Source: Camelus dromedarius (lineage: Eukaryota). From it: a DNA stretch of 64,000 nt. The stretch covers positions 102,240,001 to 102,304,000 of the forward strand of contig NC_087437.1 of NCBI RefSeq assembly GCF_036321535.1. The letters are read 5' to 3'. Positions 24,901-38,415 of the stretch are shown piece after piece; the first letter of the stretch is position 1, and each line of letters begins with the position of its first letter. The notes beneath the pieces are model-generated. The model was not told the origin of the DNA and made no database searches. It saw only the letters and a program-made list of their open reading frames with translations. Both the position numbers and the translations under genes were made by a program.

Positions 24901-26939
24901 TTCTGTGGTAAAGAAATTAGTGTAAATTGGCTAGAAAAGATGAGGTGCTGAATCAATTAAAACTATGGTATTGCTAGATAATCCATTATTATGTAATAAT
25001 TTATTTATTATCCCTCATAACTGAAAATGGTTTTTTTTTTATTTCTTTTTTTTCTCCAGTTAAAGTTTACCTTTCTAGGGTTTTTTACATTTTGAGTACT
25101 TTTATTTTTTTTAATTTGATTTTTTTGTATAAAACTAAAAACTTTTCTTCTTGAAATATGCTGTACGGATTCTGGAGATCAAAATAATAAAGATTTTTCA
25201 AGATGGTTTTGTTGCAAGATATTTCAAGCACTGGGAAACATACTAACTTGCTTATTTAATTGTGATTTAAATTACATTGTATGCTACTTAACGAAATTAC
25301 ATTTCAATATGAATTATAATGAAAAATAGAGACCCCACAATGTCTTCTATTGCTAGTTATGTACAGTATTCAAAAATCAATTACATGATTTAATATAAAA
25401 AGTTTACTTTGCTTTGCATAAAATATATCACATCTGCAAAAATAAACAAGATCTAAAATTGAACTATTCGATTTAATGTCATACTGCAATTACCTGGAAA
25501 GGTCTAATGACATTTATAATGTGTGAATGTATTTCAACAGTTACCGCTTTTGAAATGGAAGTGCAGTGTTGATTTATTTTTTCCCCTTTGATCATCCTTG
25601 TTTTTCCTTGTTACTGTACAGCACAGTGACCTAAATTAAATATCAATATGTATTTTCATGCTCCTTCCTTCTCAACTATATTAAGCATCAGTCATTTAGA
25701 CTAAGCATGTTAGTAACTCTGAATAGCATTTATTACCTAATTACCTACATCTTACTTGAAAATTTCACATCTTTGGTGAAGACTTACAAAAACAGAAAGA
25801 CTTAAATTTGTGGATTTTTTTCTTCCTACATTAAACATGCATATATTCTAGAGCAATCTGTGCTGTCTTTATACATAAGGACATTTTTTCAACAGTGAAT
25901 TCTAGAAAAATTTATGGTTTGGTACTGTAGGTTAGTACTCTTAACTGGAATAGCTTCTGAATTGTTCTGTTCAAGTGACTATTGAACAGAATTTGGGACG
26001 TAGCATGAGGTCATAGTCAAACCAAGTTCTGTATAACATGTTTCTAAATAGTCAAGCAGAGCAGATGTGCAAGAACCTTGCACAATACCAAGAGTGTAAT
26101 TTGTGCTAAACATATGGTATTAATGTTTCTTTTGTTGTCCTTCTTGTATATATATATTTTTTGTATCCCAAATGATTGGATAACAGTTTATAATTGTTTA
26201 AGTTGTGGAATCTGTTTCTAGTAATTTATAATTTGAAAATTTTATTAGAGGAAGTAGCAAAGAGATAAGCAGATTATTTTTTCGCTTTGCTTCAGGTTAC
26301 TTTTTTTAACATTTTTTAACGTATAATCTGGATTTGATTGTTCGTTGTTTTCTGTTGAGAGGCTTAATGACATTAAGCAAATTCACCTTGGTCCCTTTAA
26401 TTTTTTTTTTTTTATTATCTTCTGTAAGACCTTCCCCAGTACTCAGTCAATTTCCAAGAGTCCTGATTTAGTCATCATTCACTTCAGTGAATAACTATTC
26501 AGTTTAGATATGTGTCTTCTGTGTGAACTTTGTAGAAAGAAATGTTTGAGGTAACATTTATTTCTGACTTAACATCCATATATACTCATTGATTTGAAAA
26601 ATGCAGGAAAAAAATCATAAAGCTGTTATAAAGAGGCATGTTACATTTCAATTTTAATATGTCACTCCTGTTAGGTCCTTTCTATAAACAGGGATGTGTT
26701 GAAATAACCAAGTCATGACGGTAGGTGTTCAGGAAGGCAATAGAGCTACTGGATGGTGCCAGTTTGGGTAAGAAAATTGGTGAGGTTAAAGCATATACTT
26801 GGGGGCAGACTTTGTTTTTATTTATACTACAGGAATTCAGCCTGTTTGCCTGACAAATGGCATCCATTAATTCTGTATTTGCATTGTTTAGGTTGGGTCA
26901 TATTAAAAATCATGAATGATTTTACCTTTTTTTTTCTTT

Positions 26940-27497
26940 TGTGGAAATAAAGACCAACCAAATGAGAAAAGGCAAAGGCTATTTTTTTTTAGAGCTCACT
27001 GTTAGTCACCACTAACTTGTACTTTGGCAGAAGCTCAAAGGCAGGCAGGAGGATAGGAAAGTTTTATAGTGCGAAAAAGGGGGAGGCTTTAGGAATGTCC
27101 TGACTGGAACCTCCTAGCACAGGGAAGCCGCAGGTAGGCTAACTGGAAGCAGGGCTTCTGGTGTGATTGGTTAGATGTTTATATTTGGCTTTCTCTGGTT
27201 GGTCCTGTGCTGGAATCAGGGACAGAAACTGGGGAAGCTGAGAGTTATTAATCAAGTTCTGGTCATTTTAGGCTGACTGTTACAGGGGCGGTTATTTGGC
27301 TTCCTGGAATGTTTGCCAGAGAGAATGAGTGGTCTGACTCTGTACAAGTTTGACTTGTAGATAGTAGGTTGGCTTCCTGGGCTGGTTACTCTAAATGATG
27401 CATTGGGTTCCTGGGCTGCTTGCTGCAGTTTGTGAGTCCAAGTTCTATCTTTTTATGTATGCTCTGGCCATTGTCTGTTTGTATATCCAGTCTCTCA
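26940..27497 (-). mobile_element. ERV1-type solo LTR
   Basis: TG...CA ends; TSD cttt (26936-26939 and 27498-27501); CCAAT- and TATA-like motifs on the minus strand; internal tggcttcctgg repeats. Confidence 0.88.
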
Positions 27498-28049
27498 CTT
27501 TTCATAGATAAACTTAAGATGTTATCAGTTAAAAGGTTGTATTAATTTTAGGTTGATAAGCAAAAGAGTAGTTATAAATAACTTAAACTTGGCATAACAC
27601 AGCTTTAACTAAGAAAATATCTAAAATGTATTTGATAAATATTTACATTTTGCATTATATTTGATGTATGGGAGTTATTGACTGTTACCACTTGAATATC
27701 TTTCTTCATACGCCCCTATTATCTGGGACAAGCTCTCTTAAAAATAGAGCTAACTCATTTTTATTGCATTTGTAAAAAGTATTGATTTTAAATAGGAGAA
27801 TTTTACATCAGCTAATTATTTATAAAGGAAAATAGTGTTCATTGATAAATAACTATATATATTTATTTTAGGTTGATATTAACCTTTTATTTCATAGGGT
27901 GATTTTAAAACCTCTCCAAATTCTGGAGAGGGAAAAAAATGAGCCCACGAGAATAATTTCCGTCATTTACTGAATTTATTCTGTACATTTAGACAGTTTG
28001 TTCCCCTCTTCACGTATTTTTCAGTGACGCTCTCTAAAGAGTAGTACAG

Positions 28050-28150
28050 TTAAGTTTATTCACATGAGGGAAGTGAGACTCAGAGAGTGTTTAAATTCTA
28101 ATAGGCTATGGAAAGAGAATTCAAAGTCTTAACTCCATTATGTTTCACAG
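28050..28150 (-). mobile_element. MIR fragment
   Basis: cacatgagggaagtgagactcagagag...gaattcaaagtc. Confidence 0.5.
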
Positions 28151-29111
28151 TCCCTCAAATGATGTAGCTTTGTCTTGTCAACAAATTGTTTATCTACAAA
28201 TGGTACGTCTCCTAAAGGGAAACTATAAATTAAATACAACATTCAACGTGAGGGCAACAGAAATTACACTGATCTGGAATTAAGCCTGCTGGTTTCTCTT
28301 GTCACTGAAGCACTAATGCACAACTGTAAGGTAACGTGGAATAATTCAGCAGATTGACATTGACTTTGGAATAATAGAGGAAAATGTAATTAAGGAAGCA
28401 AAAAAAAGGTGAGGAAAATACAGGAGCATTTCTAATTTTTGCAAGCTCATCTGAGTATTCTAAAAGAGTTTAAACATATTTTTAAGTAACAGCAATATCA
28501 GAAACAATCTAAATATACCATGGGAGAATAGTTAGATAAAAAGTTATGCATCTATACGTTGAGTCACTATGTATTAATTGGACAAAATCCATTAACTGTA
28601 GTGATGGTGTTTAATAGGGGTTTTGTTAAACAAGATCTATCAGAGCTTTTGATAAACAAGAAGAATAGTCTTTTACTTCACCTGTATATTTAAATATTGA
28701 CTACATGTGTGGGGGTATTACCTAAAATGTTGAGACAATATTTTAACATGGTTTTCAGTGACAAATGTAATTACAATTTTTTCATGAAATATTCTAAATT
28801 AAATGAACTTTTTTTAGCACTGTAATGATTGAGAATTTGCAGTTGTTTAGGTTTGAGCAGAGTCATTGTTTTCTGGCAGAAAGCCACTGTCAGTGGTTCA
28901 AGAAACAAATAGAATCTGTTGGGCTCTTTGTGGCTTTCATCATTCTTGAATGGTAGATGAGTGCTCCACAGAAACTCAGCCTGTTTGCCTGACAAATGGC
29001 ATCCACTTCTGTATAGAAACATCTTATTTCATCACCATCATTTTATAGAAAAATGTATATATTAACATTGTCATTTAAAATGTCTTCAAGTTTTATATAA
29101 TGGCATATATA

Positions 29112-29181
29112 TATTTTTAATTGAAATATAGTCAGTTATGATGTGTCAGTTTCTAGTGTACAGCATAATGTCCCAGTCACA
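29112..29181 (-). mobile_element. Very short L1 3'-terminal fragment (camelid type)
   Basis: aattgaaatatagtcagtt...tctagtgtacagcataat resembles the L1 3' end at 6555-6620. Confidence 0.7.
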
Positions 29182-30039
29182 TTTGCTTTTTTTTGTTGTT
29201 TTAACTTTGAGCTTAAAATCCATATGGTACTTTTTTCTTAGATACCCTCATATAGGACATTATAAATAACACTGAAAATTTTAACAGAAGCTTTTAGATT
29301 CTGTGGCAAGGTGCATTTCAATTCAGCTTCTGTCCCTGGATCCTTCTCATAAAAATATTTTAATTTGGTGTATGCTTTGCATGTTTTCATTATATTTTAT
29401 AATTAAAAATTAAGCTTACCATTACAAACTTTTAAACAATAAAATAAAGTACAGTGGTTCAGAATTTACCATTTGATATTGTATTAATAATCCACACCAA
29501 TGATTTGACCAAGAGAATCCTCAAATCCTCTAGTGGAGTCAAAATGGTCAAAACTACATCATATCAATAGCTGAGTTACTATTTAACTGGTTTCTGCTTT
29601 CTTTTAAAGTGGGTTTTACTACCTTATTTTATAATCTATATTTAAAGAAAATACAATGACTACCTTACTGCACACAAACAAAGGAACAATTCCCAAAAGT
29701 ATTTCGTGTTTACTTTATTATCATGAGAACCAGCAGCCTGGCTGGACTCTCCTATCACCTTGTACTCTTCATTTTAGATGTTTGAAAGATGCTCAATTTC
29801 ACACATTCTCTTCCGAAAATTAGTTCAGAAAAGATTATTACTAAAATTGTGACGTGTAACACATTGTCTTATAATTTACGTACTAGAGTAAGTGTCTCAG
29901 TCCAGTGGCCCTATCCTGTCCATCTTTTTATTCTCTCTGTCTTAGGGACTGGCACAGAGACCTATAAGGATTAAATAGCTTTTTAATTGAACATCTAAAT
30001 ATATCTAGATATCTGATCTTTTGATCTAATTTTGTTCTA

Positions 30040-31200
30040 GGATAACACTCCATTATGCCACAGTCTCTTGGTCTTTCTCCTACTTTGAGGTCTGCTTTTT
30101 CTCAGCATTCTTACGGTACCTCTTTACCTATTATAATTCTAAATTTTGATATACCCCAGGGTTGTATTCTCAATGATCTTTTATGTGATAACTCTAAAAC
30201 TATATTTCTAGTCTCAGCCTACCCATAATAGTTTCCTGGGAATTACACACACCCACACACACACATACATATTGATATGAACACATATTGTTATGCATAT
30301 AACATATTGTTATGTATATAAACATATATTCATAAACATGTGTGTATATAAAATACACAAATAGAGACATAGTCTCCCCAGTTGGGTTTTTATAGGCATC
30401 TTATCCATTGATTCAGTCACCCTCTTATTTGTATATAGTTTCAAGCACCTGCTTCAAGACAGCATGGCGATCATCACTATGTTAACATGGTCAAAACCAA
30501 ACCCTTCGATTTCCTCCACATAGAACAAATTTTTTTTTTGTCTTCTCCACTTAAGTAAATTATTTCATGATTCATACCTTGAACATAATTTTTGTGATAT
30601 GCTTAAGCCTAAATCCCTCTATATTTAGTAGTTACTGTTCTCTCTGGGGCTGTAATCCTGTCTAAGCTATGATCACTTCTATAGAAAACTCCAAATCGAG
30701 ACTCCAAACTACTATCTCTAATCCACTCTTGCTCTCCTCCAGTCATGTTTCCACAGAGCAACCGCAGTAAAGTTTTTAAGACATAAGTTTCAAATTCCTC
30801 ATAAGGGCTCATGAATGTGGCTTTTGTAATCTTTTATGGCTACATATATCTGTACTTTCCCCTAATATACAATGCCTAGTGACTTTCTGTCCCTCAAAAA
30901 TACAGAGTAGTTTTCTCTTCCAGGACATTTTTAGTTTGTTTATTTGTAATTTTGGTGCTTTTATTTTCCAATTTGAAAGTCTTCTCTCAAATGTTCACAT
31001 GCCTGACACTCTTCTTTTAATTTATGTGCCATTTCAAATGTCATGTCTTCAGGGTGGACTGCTTATGATCCTAGACAGAGGATTCACCCAGTCACTTTCT
31101 TATTTTGCATGACCATATTACATCTTCTTCTTTGTTTTTATCATTATATGGGGTTATCCTATTTGTTTGTTTATATTAGATTACAGATTGCTGATTCATT
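30040..31200 (+). mobile_element. L2 fragments with a CA/TA low-complexity insert
   Basis: atccactcttgctctcctccagtcatgtttccacagagcaacc; tttcaaatgtcatgtcttcagggtggac resemble the L2 3' region. Confidence 0.65.
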
Positions 31201-31464
31201 TATGGTAGATTTAGATTGAACTGTGTACCACTTCATTGCTTCCTGTGTCACAAAGCCAAGCACGAAAATAAGAGTTCCCTCACAAGTGCTCACTACCTCG
31301 GCCCCACCCTAGGGACTGGGGATTTTATAGTAACTTCAGAATTCAGATTTGAAGAGTCAGGTTGTGACTTCCATTCCAAGTTAATATCCTGGAATGATGG
31401 TGGAAATGACATCATAGATATTAAGCAGACATTATTAACAACTCAGTCCCTCTGGGATTCCATG

Positions 31465-31559
31465 CTTTTCTAGGCTCATGCTTGTTGGTATTTATTCACC
31501 CCAAATAGACATATAGGATGTGGGGTGAATAAATACCAACAAGCATGAGCCTAGAAAAG
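31465..31559. repeat. Perfect 39-bp inverted repeat with a 17-nt spacer
   Basis: 31465-31503 is the exact reverse complement of 31521-31559. Confidence 0.97.
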
Positions 31560-34254
31560 TAGGTCACCATGGTACAAAAGGGAAGGAGAAAGAGGTGGCA
31601 TCCTGAATTGACTGAGTTAGCAAAGGATACGTAGGGGAAAAAATCTAGAAATGACTGAGATATATTTGAATTGATAACAACATATCCAATAGAAAAAAAT
31701 TCTTGAGGTTCCAGAACTAAGTTTAAATTCATTATAGACAAATACACAGTAAAATAATGAAAATAAGTGCCTTCTATGAGTAAGAACATATATATATACC
31801 TCTAGAAACAACAAACTATTGGATCTTGCTCTTGGTAATGATCATATCAGGAGCAGTTTCTTATAGAATAAGACTATGTGCAAATACTTTTTAACAAGTA
31901 CGAAATATGTAAACAATCAGCTTGGATTTTTCACCCTACAAGAAACTGTTCTATCCATAGAAGATAGTTACAAATCAGAACGTATCAGGGTGTACTAATG
32001 AAATATTTCTTCTGTTACATTAAAATGTAAATGAAAACATTTCCCAAACAAATGCTACACTAAGACATTTTGTGTTAAGTATTTTCTTTGCTCTTTCGAA
32101 TTTAATTCATATGGAAGGTTTATTTCCAATATTCAATTGGTAATAGGAAAATATGCAGGAAACATATCAAAAGATATAAATTTCAATGCTATATATAGTT
32201 CTAAAATGCTATGAGATAGTGTGTGTAACTATGAGTAGAAATATATATATAAGGAAGGTTTAAATAAAATTAGATATACTAACTGAAGGGAAAAGAAACT
32301 AAAAATATTTTGAAGGAGAGATCATTTGTTTCTTCTTTTTTCCCTCACTTTCTTTCCAAGGACATTTCAGACAAATGCAAGGCTTAGAATGTTGATGAAC
32401 ACATTGATGTTTGTCTTAGTCGAAACAGAGTTCAAGGCAGATCGAGAGGAGGAGTTAACCATGGGGTATCTCAATATGAACTTTGCCATTAACTTAAATG
32501 AATAGTCCAGAACCTTTATCACACTCATAATTCACTCTCACACAGGATATGTTTAGTTGTCTCTCTTAGAGAAATGATACTGCACCCTACAAGATTAATA
32601 CATTTTGGGCCCTGGTGGCCATTATGTTGCCACAGGTTTATGGTTTTTCTACAGCATTTTGATTTATGATACCCTTCGTTTTAATAGAGGTTCATTATTT
32701 GTACATTAAGGTTGTAACTTACTCCATCATATGGGGACTTCTATTAATCAGGGAGCTTGTATAGTGCCGTGTGATATTCCTGTCCTTTTTGACAGGATTG
32801 CTCAAGCAGAGCAATTTGTTAAATGTGCAAAACCCTCAGTGGCTTAAGATCCACTTCAGCAGCTGGAGAAACATTTTCATTTTGATGCAGAATGACTCTT
32901 ATGTGTCATTCCATATGTCATTTAATCTAGGTGATTGACTCTTCAATTGAAGTAACCAATACTATTTGTTTTGATTTTATAGGGCTTTGCTTTTTTTTTT
33001 TTTAAAAAAATGCAAAATACAAAACTACACTCTATCCTAAATCATGTCTCTTGATAGAGTAGTGAAGAGACAAAATCTGAACACTCTGGAGGCGTTGTCC
33101 TTTGGTTTATAATACTGATTATCTTTTCCATAGATTTTTTTTATTAGGTGGAAAGAGGGAGAGAGGTAGGTTATTTTTTATCTGAGAAAAAGAGAGAGGT
33201 TTAAAAGTAGATTCAACATTTATGAGCATTTTAAGTTTTGAAATTCTACACAATTCTAATCCATTATGGGTTTATAGAAACTGCATTTCTGTGTGACTTT
33301 ATATTTTGTTCCAGACCTCCACATTTCAAAAGGAAAAGATCAATTCTAATGAGGTTTATTTGCCAAGGAATATTAATAGTCAAATGCTGGAAAAATAATA
33401 CCACTGAGCAAACTCTACTTAGTGATTTAAGATTTAGGAAGACTTTATTTGAAGTTTGAATTTACATAGTCAATTCAGGGAATAAAATGCTTCATGTCAT
33501 CATATGAAGAATAAAATAATAAGATATCTTGGTTTAAGCTGTATTAACAATACATAAATACATAAATGTAAGTCCTCATGCTAGACTAGGTATGTAGAAG
33601 TTTTCAGAGGCTGGACAGGTAAATACAGATTAAGGCCAGAGCATTCAGGACAACCAAAGCTCTAAGAAATTGGGAAGTTGACTTTTTTTAATACCTTATT
33701 AGGTTTATAGTTTCCTAATTAAAGTACCATTTACTTAAAATTTGAGCATAAGTATGCCATTCCAAAGTCTTGATTTTATTTTATTCACTTTTGAAAACAA
33801 TTTATATTAATTGGATAACTTAAAAAAAAAAAAAAAGGTGAAGAATGAATCTAGTTGAAGAGTCATTTTGTTACCACACAATTAAATGTTTATTTATATA
33901 CCAGTATATTTTTATAAGTATCATATTTCTGCTTCCATTTGCACATTATCTAGATTTAGATAAAACATGCATTTTAGTGTTTTGGGTTTTTTTATAACAA
34001 GAAAAAATTTCAATAACTACTACATACCAAGAGGGAAGGGAGGAGGGAGGGAAACAGACAGAGACATTCAGAGAGAAAGAGAAAGAGAGAGAATTGGAAA
34101 AGGCAAGGTTTAATAGTTAAAATAGGATAAATGGAGCTTCCCTATGAATAGGTGACAGACAGATAGGCTGTAACAGAGATACTCTGTCCTTAGAATCACG
34201 TCGGTGGTACTGCAGAACTGACGTGTCCTCATTGTCTGTTTACTTAAGGATTGT

Positions 34255-34750
34255 AAAGGCAGTTGTTAATGTTGTATTATAAACTTCATCCAACTAGGTG
34301 GCTTTCAAAAAAAAAAAAAAAAAAGAGCAAACCTACATTTTCTATAGGTCACAATTCCAGGTGCAGCTTAACTAAGTTCTGTGCTTCAAAGTCTCCCCAG
34401 TCTGCAGTCTCGTTGTTTGGATCTGCAGCATCATCAGAGGCTGAACTGGGGAAGGATCCACTTCCTTGCTTCCGAAGAATGTTGGCAGCATTCATTTCCT
34501 TTCAGCTGTAGAACTGAGGCTTCCTGTTCTTGCCATCCATGGTTCTTTGCAATATTTTCTTCTTCAACATGTCTGCTTAATTCATGGGAATAGACTTCTT
34601 CAAACCCAGCAACATAGAATTTCTAACTTCAGGAAGGGCTCTTTTCCTTTGATTAATTCAAGCCCACTGAGAATAATTGCCCTTTTAATTAACTCAAAAT
34701 CAATAGATTTAGACCTTAATTACATCTGCAATTGCCTTTCAGTTTTATGA
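34255..34750 (-). mobile_element. MLT1 (MLT1F/G-like) LTR
   Basis: ggggaaggatccacttcc...ggcagcattcatttcctttcagctgtagaactgagg...aactcaaaatcaatagatttagaccttaattacatctgcaa. Confidence 0.8.
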
Positions 34751-34929
34751 AGAGGAATATTTAATAATTATTAAATGGTTATTTTATCATGAATATATGT
34801 TTCCTAATTGTCTATATGTTCAGTAATAGACCTTTAAATATGCAAATCTGAACCTTATAAACATTAAAGGAGGAGTGATGAGGTTTAGTGTTCTGAAATC
34901 TCTAAATATAGCAAAAGCAGATGGTTCCA

Positions 34930-35610
34930 AAGTAACTGCACTCTTACACATAGCTGATGGGGATGGAAGATAATACAGCCACTTAGAAAAGCAATATAGT
35001 TGTCTCCTATAAAAGTAAATATTTAGCAGTGGAATTGCTTGGTAAAATGCTAGGTATCAACCCAAAAGAAATGACAGTCTGTGTCCACACAAATATTTTT
35101 ATATGAAGTGTTCATAAAGGCATTATTCATGTTAATCCTAAACTGGTAATTATTAAAACACCTTTAACTGGAAAATAGATAAACAAATCATGGCAGTACT
35201 GTGTAATGTTACACTACTAAACAATAAAAAGAAGCAAATTGCTTATACATGTACCAACACAGATGAATTCAAAATCTTTATACTAAGTTAAAGAAGCCAG
35301 GTATAAAACAAATACAAAACAAAACGCTGTATCTGTATGATTCTACTTCTATGGTATTCCGAAAAAGTCAAAATTATAAAGACAGGATTCAAAGTAGTTG
35401 CCAGTGAGTAGTGGTGTGGGGAGGGGTGTGGATTGATTGCAAAGGGCACAAGAGAATGTTTGGGACTGATAGAATGTTTTGGGCTCATGTTTTATATTTT
35501 ATTTGTGGTGATGGTTGCATGACTATGTCCATGTACCAGAATTCAGTGGAATGTCCCCTTGAAAAAGGTTCATTTTACTCTATGTAAATTATCTCAATAA
35601 ATCTGATATA
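34930..35610 (+). mobile_element. Old L1 3' UTR (L1MC/MD/ME-like)
   Basis: ggtatcaacccaaaagaaatgac...tgtccacacaaa; tgtatgattctacttctatgg; tatgtaaattatctcaataaa. Confidence 0.85.
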
Positions 35611-36089
35611 AAGATTAAAATACTTTCAGAAGACTATTTTCTCAGCTCATTTTTCTAGACCATGATTTTTGAGATGTACTTAGAGTAGTCCTTGCTTTCA
35701 GTACACCTTATAAGTTAAACTGTGAAATATACGAATTAGAGGATACTCCTTTGTCTTTATAGATGTCACTGCATGATTCATATGTAGCAGACTTCAAGTA
35801 TTCAATACTTTAAATGTGATTCTTACTATCAAATTAGTTTTTTCAATCTTTTGTTTAATAAGAGGCATTTGTTTATTTTAATGTTATATTTAATGTAGAG
35901 TGCTAAAAAATAAAGAAGAAATAGTATTCTAACATTTGCTTTGAATACATTAACATTTTCACAAATGAATCAAAGCATCTTTCTAGCTATTTGGTTATTC
36001 TATATAAAAGCAGTCATCTAATTCACCTTTTTTGAGGTGAATTCTTAGGAAATTCAGAATGGGATAGTAATTTGTCATTTGTGTTAGAG

Positions 36090-36225
36090 CTTAGTATGAG
36101 TCTTGGAGACTGAAAAATATGTATCAATACCCAGTTCACATGTTTACATGATACGGGCTTTCTCTCCAAACTGCAATTCATGTAATGTCTCTGTGCCTTA
36201 GTTTCTTCATCTGTGTTCCAGGTAC
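36090..36225 (+). mobile_element. MIR fragment
   Basis: tctctgtgccttagtttcttcatctg. Confidence 0.6.
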
Positions 36226-36565
36226 TTTGATCATATTCCATCCCTCCTCAAGATCTTTCATTGCTAGTCATACAGAGAATAAACTCCTCAGCTCACAGTT
36301 TTGATTAGTATACAGTTAGTCCTCAACTCTCATTCCAAACCTATCAATTCCTCCACTCCCTTACCTTAGCTAACCTCCTGTTTACTGTACCCGTAGACAC
36401 ATCATATGATTTTCTTTCTCTATTTCTGCCTTTCCCCTCTTTCTCTTCTAACCAAGTATTTTCCTTAAATCTGCCTCATGCTTTATGGAACATTGAAATC
36501 CTATCTTCTTTGAGAACCATTGTTGTGTGTTGTTGTATTCCTATCCAAAAGATTGACTCTATAAC

Positions 36566-37542
36566 CAGAGGTAGATTTACCATGAAGCCAGTAATGAGTT
36601 GGAACTGAGTAATAAGCAGCAGTCGTTTGCATCAGCTCCTTTCAAGTTGCTGGGAAGGACCTTAGCAGAGTGTTCACATGTCATATGCTTTGTAAAAGGT
36701 ACAAATATTAGATATTACAAACAAAATTTACTGATACTTCTGTCTCTTTTTACTTGAACTTCTACCCTTCATTTTTCACACCTTTAGTATTACTGTGAAG
36801 TAGTAGCCATGAGCATTTTGGGATTTAGGGTAAGGGGAGGTTGAACTCAAGAGTGTTAGTTCAGGCTTAATGTGTTTGTGGACACTTTCATGTTAAATTA
36901 TGACTAGTTGTCCAGGTGCTATTACTGGTCATGATATGGACCCCTCAGACACTTGACATGAAGGTTCAGGGCCAGAAGTTTTATGAGAATGTGTCTTATG
37001 TGGGTAGTTGAGATAAAACAAAAAATAGTTTAAGTGCAGAAAGCTAGAAGTCACTCCTTGGAAAATTTTTTCAAATCATTCATTTTATATATGAATAAAA
37101 CTAAATAGAACTTTTCCTCGAATCTGGCAGCCATCTCCAAATTTCACATGTCATTAGCAGTAATGGATTGATAAAAGAAATCTGTCAGTTAAAAAGGGTC
37201 AATCTTACCAATTCTAAGACTAAATTTTCTTTCTCTAGAAAATCCTACAGCAAAAGACTTATCAAATAAAAAAGTTCTAGGACTATGTAGCCAAAATATG
37301 TAAAATATAAACTATATGTCTCAGGCAGTCAGTTAACCAAAAAAAGGATAATGTTTCTGCATTTTATGATTTTTATCTGTTCTTTAAAATGTGTAATTTC
37401 ATTAACTCCTTTATCTCTCAAGAAAAGTAGTTGTATTTTAACTTAGTTTTGTAATTTTGTATTCTTAATCTTATATTATTTTTTAAAGTTGTACTCCAAT
37501 GTATATAAGCTTCAGGTCCCACAAAACTTGGGTCCAACACTG
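36566..37542. mobile_element. hAT-Tip100-type DNA transposon remnant (Arthur1-like)
   Basis: Starts cagaggtagatttaccatgaagc and ends aagcttcaggtcccacaaaacttgggtccaacactg (degenerate CAG...CTG termini). Confidence 0.65.
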
Positions 37543-37629
37543 ACTCATCAAGTAGGGAAACACTTTGCATCTCTTTCTTCCTAGTCTAGGACTTAATAGA
37601 CAAAAATAAGTGTATATGTAAATCTAAGT

Positions 37630-37860
37630 AATTATTAACCAAGGATCTACTGTGTGTCAAACATGTGCTAGAGTCTCTCACGTATTCAGTCCTATATATT
37701 ATGTTCAGTCCTATATATTATAATTCCACTTTAATGATAAGGAAACTGAGGGTCAGTGAGTTGAACTGATTTGTTCCAATATCAGGGAACAAGAGTGTCA
37801 CATGGAATAGAGTGGCAGAGCAAGTAATAATATATAACAACTTTGAGAGCTCAATTTATC
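37630..37860 (-). mobile_element. MIR, with an 18-bp local duplication (ttcagtcctatatattat x2)
   Basis: ccactttaatgataaggaaactgagggtcagtgagttgaactgatttg. Confidence 0.7.
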
Positions 37861-37889
37861 CTTTATACTAGGCTGAATTCTGATAAACT

Positions 37890-38390
37890 TTTTACTCTCT
37901 AGTAGAAGACACAGACTTTTAAACAAACACAGTGAAATCACAATTACTCTAATGGAACTATCCTCTTGGTGTAGTGGCGGTAGAAAGAATAGAAAAATTA
38001 ATTCTACTTGAGGTTAGGAAATGTGTCACAGTAGTGGATTTATTTGCAGTAGTCTTTAAGGAAGAATAAGTCTTTAACGGGCATAGAAATAGAATCGAGT
38101 GGGCCCAGTTAAAAAAAAAAAAGCAGAATTTTATGGTCATATGGTATTTTCTGAAATGTTTATTAGCATGCTGACTGTAAGATCAGAGGATAAAACATTT
38201 AGGATTAATAGGGATGAAGAAGCAGAGATGGACAACAGCTTTGAGGATAGTGGGCTAGTCAAAGAAAATAGAGAAAAAGAGATTACCATTTGGCCAACAA
38301 AGTCAGTTATTAAATATTGGACTGGCACAGAAAATGAAGATGCCATGTTTAAGTGCTCTTAGAAAACATTTGAAGGCAAGCATGAAGAAA
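37890..38390 (-). mobile_element. L2 fragments
   Basis: Purine-rich antisense L2-like text (gaagcagagatggacaacagctttgagg). Confidence 0.45.
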
Positions 38391-38415
38391 AACAGTTGTC
38401 AACATGGCTTCACAT

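Noticed and set aside
25965..25991. 10-bp stem hairpin ttctgttcaa/ttgaacagaa
   Set aside because: Short and AT-rich; compatible with chance in 64 kb.
26837..29005. CRISPR-like interpretation of the 30-bp repeat
   Set aside because: Only two copies, 2.1 kb apart, in mammalian DNA with no cas genes.
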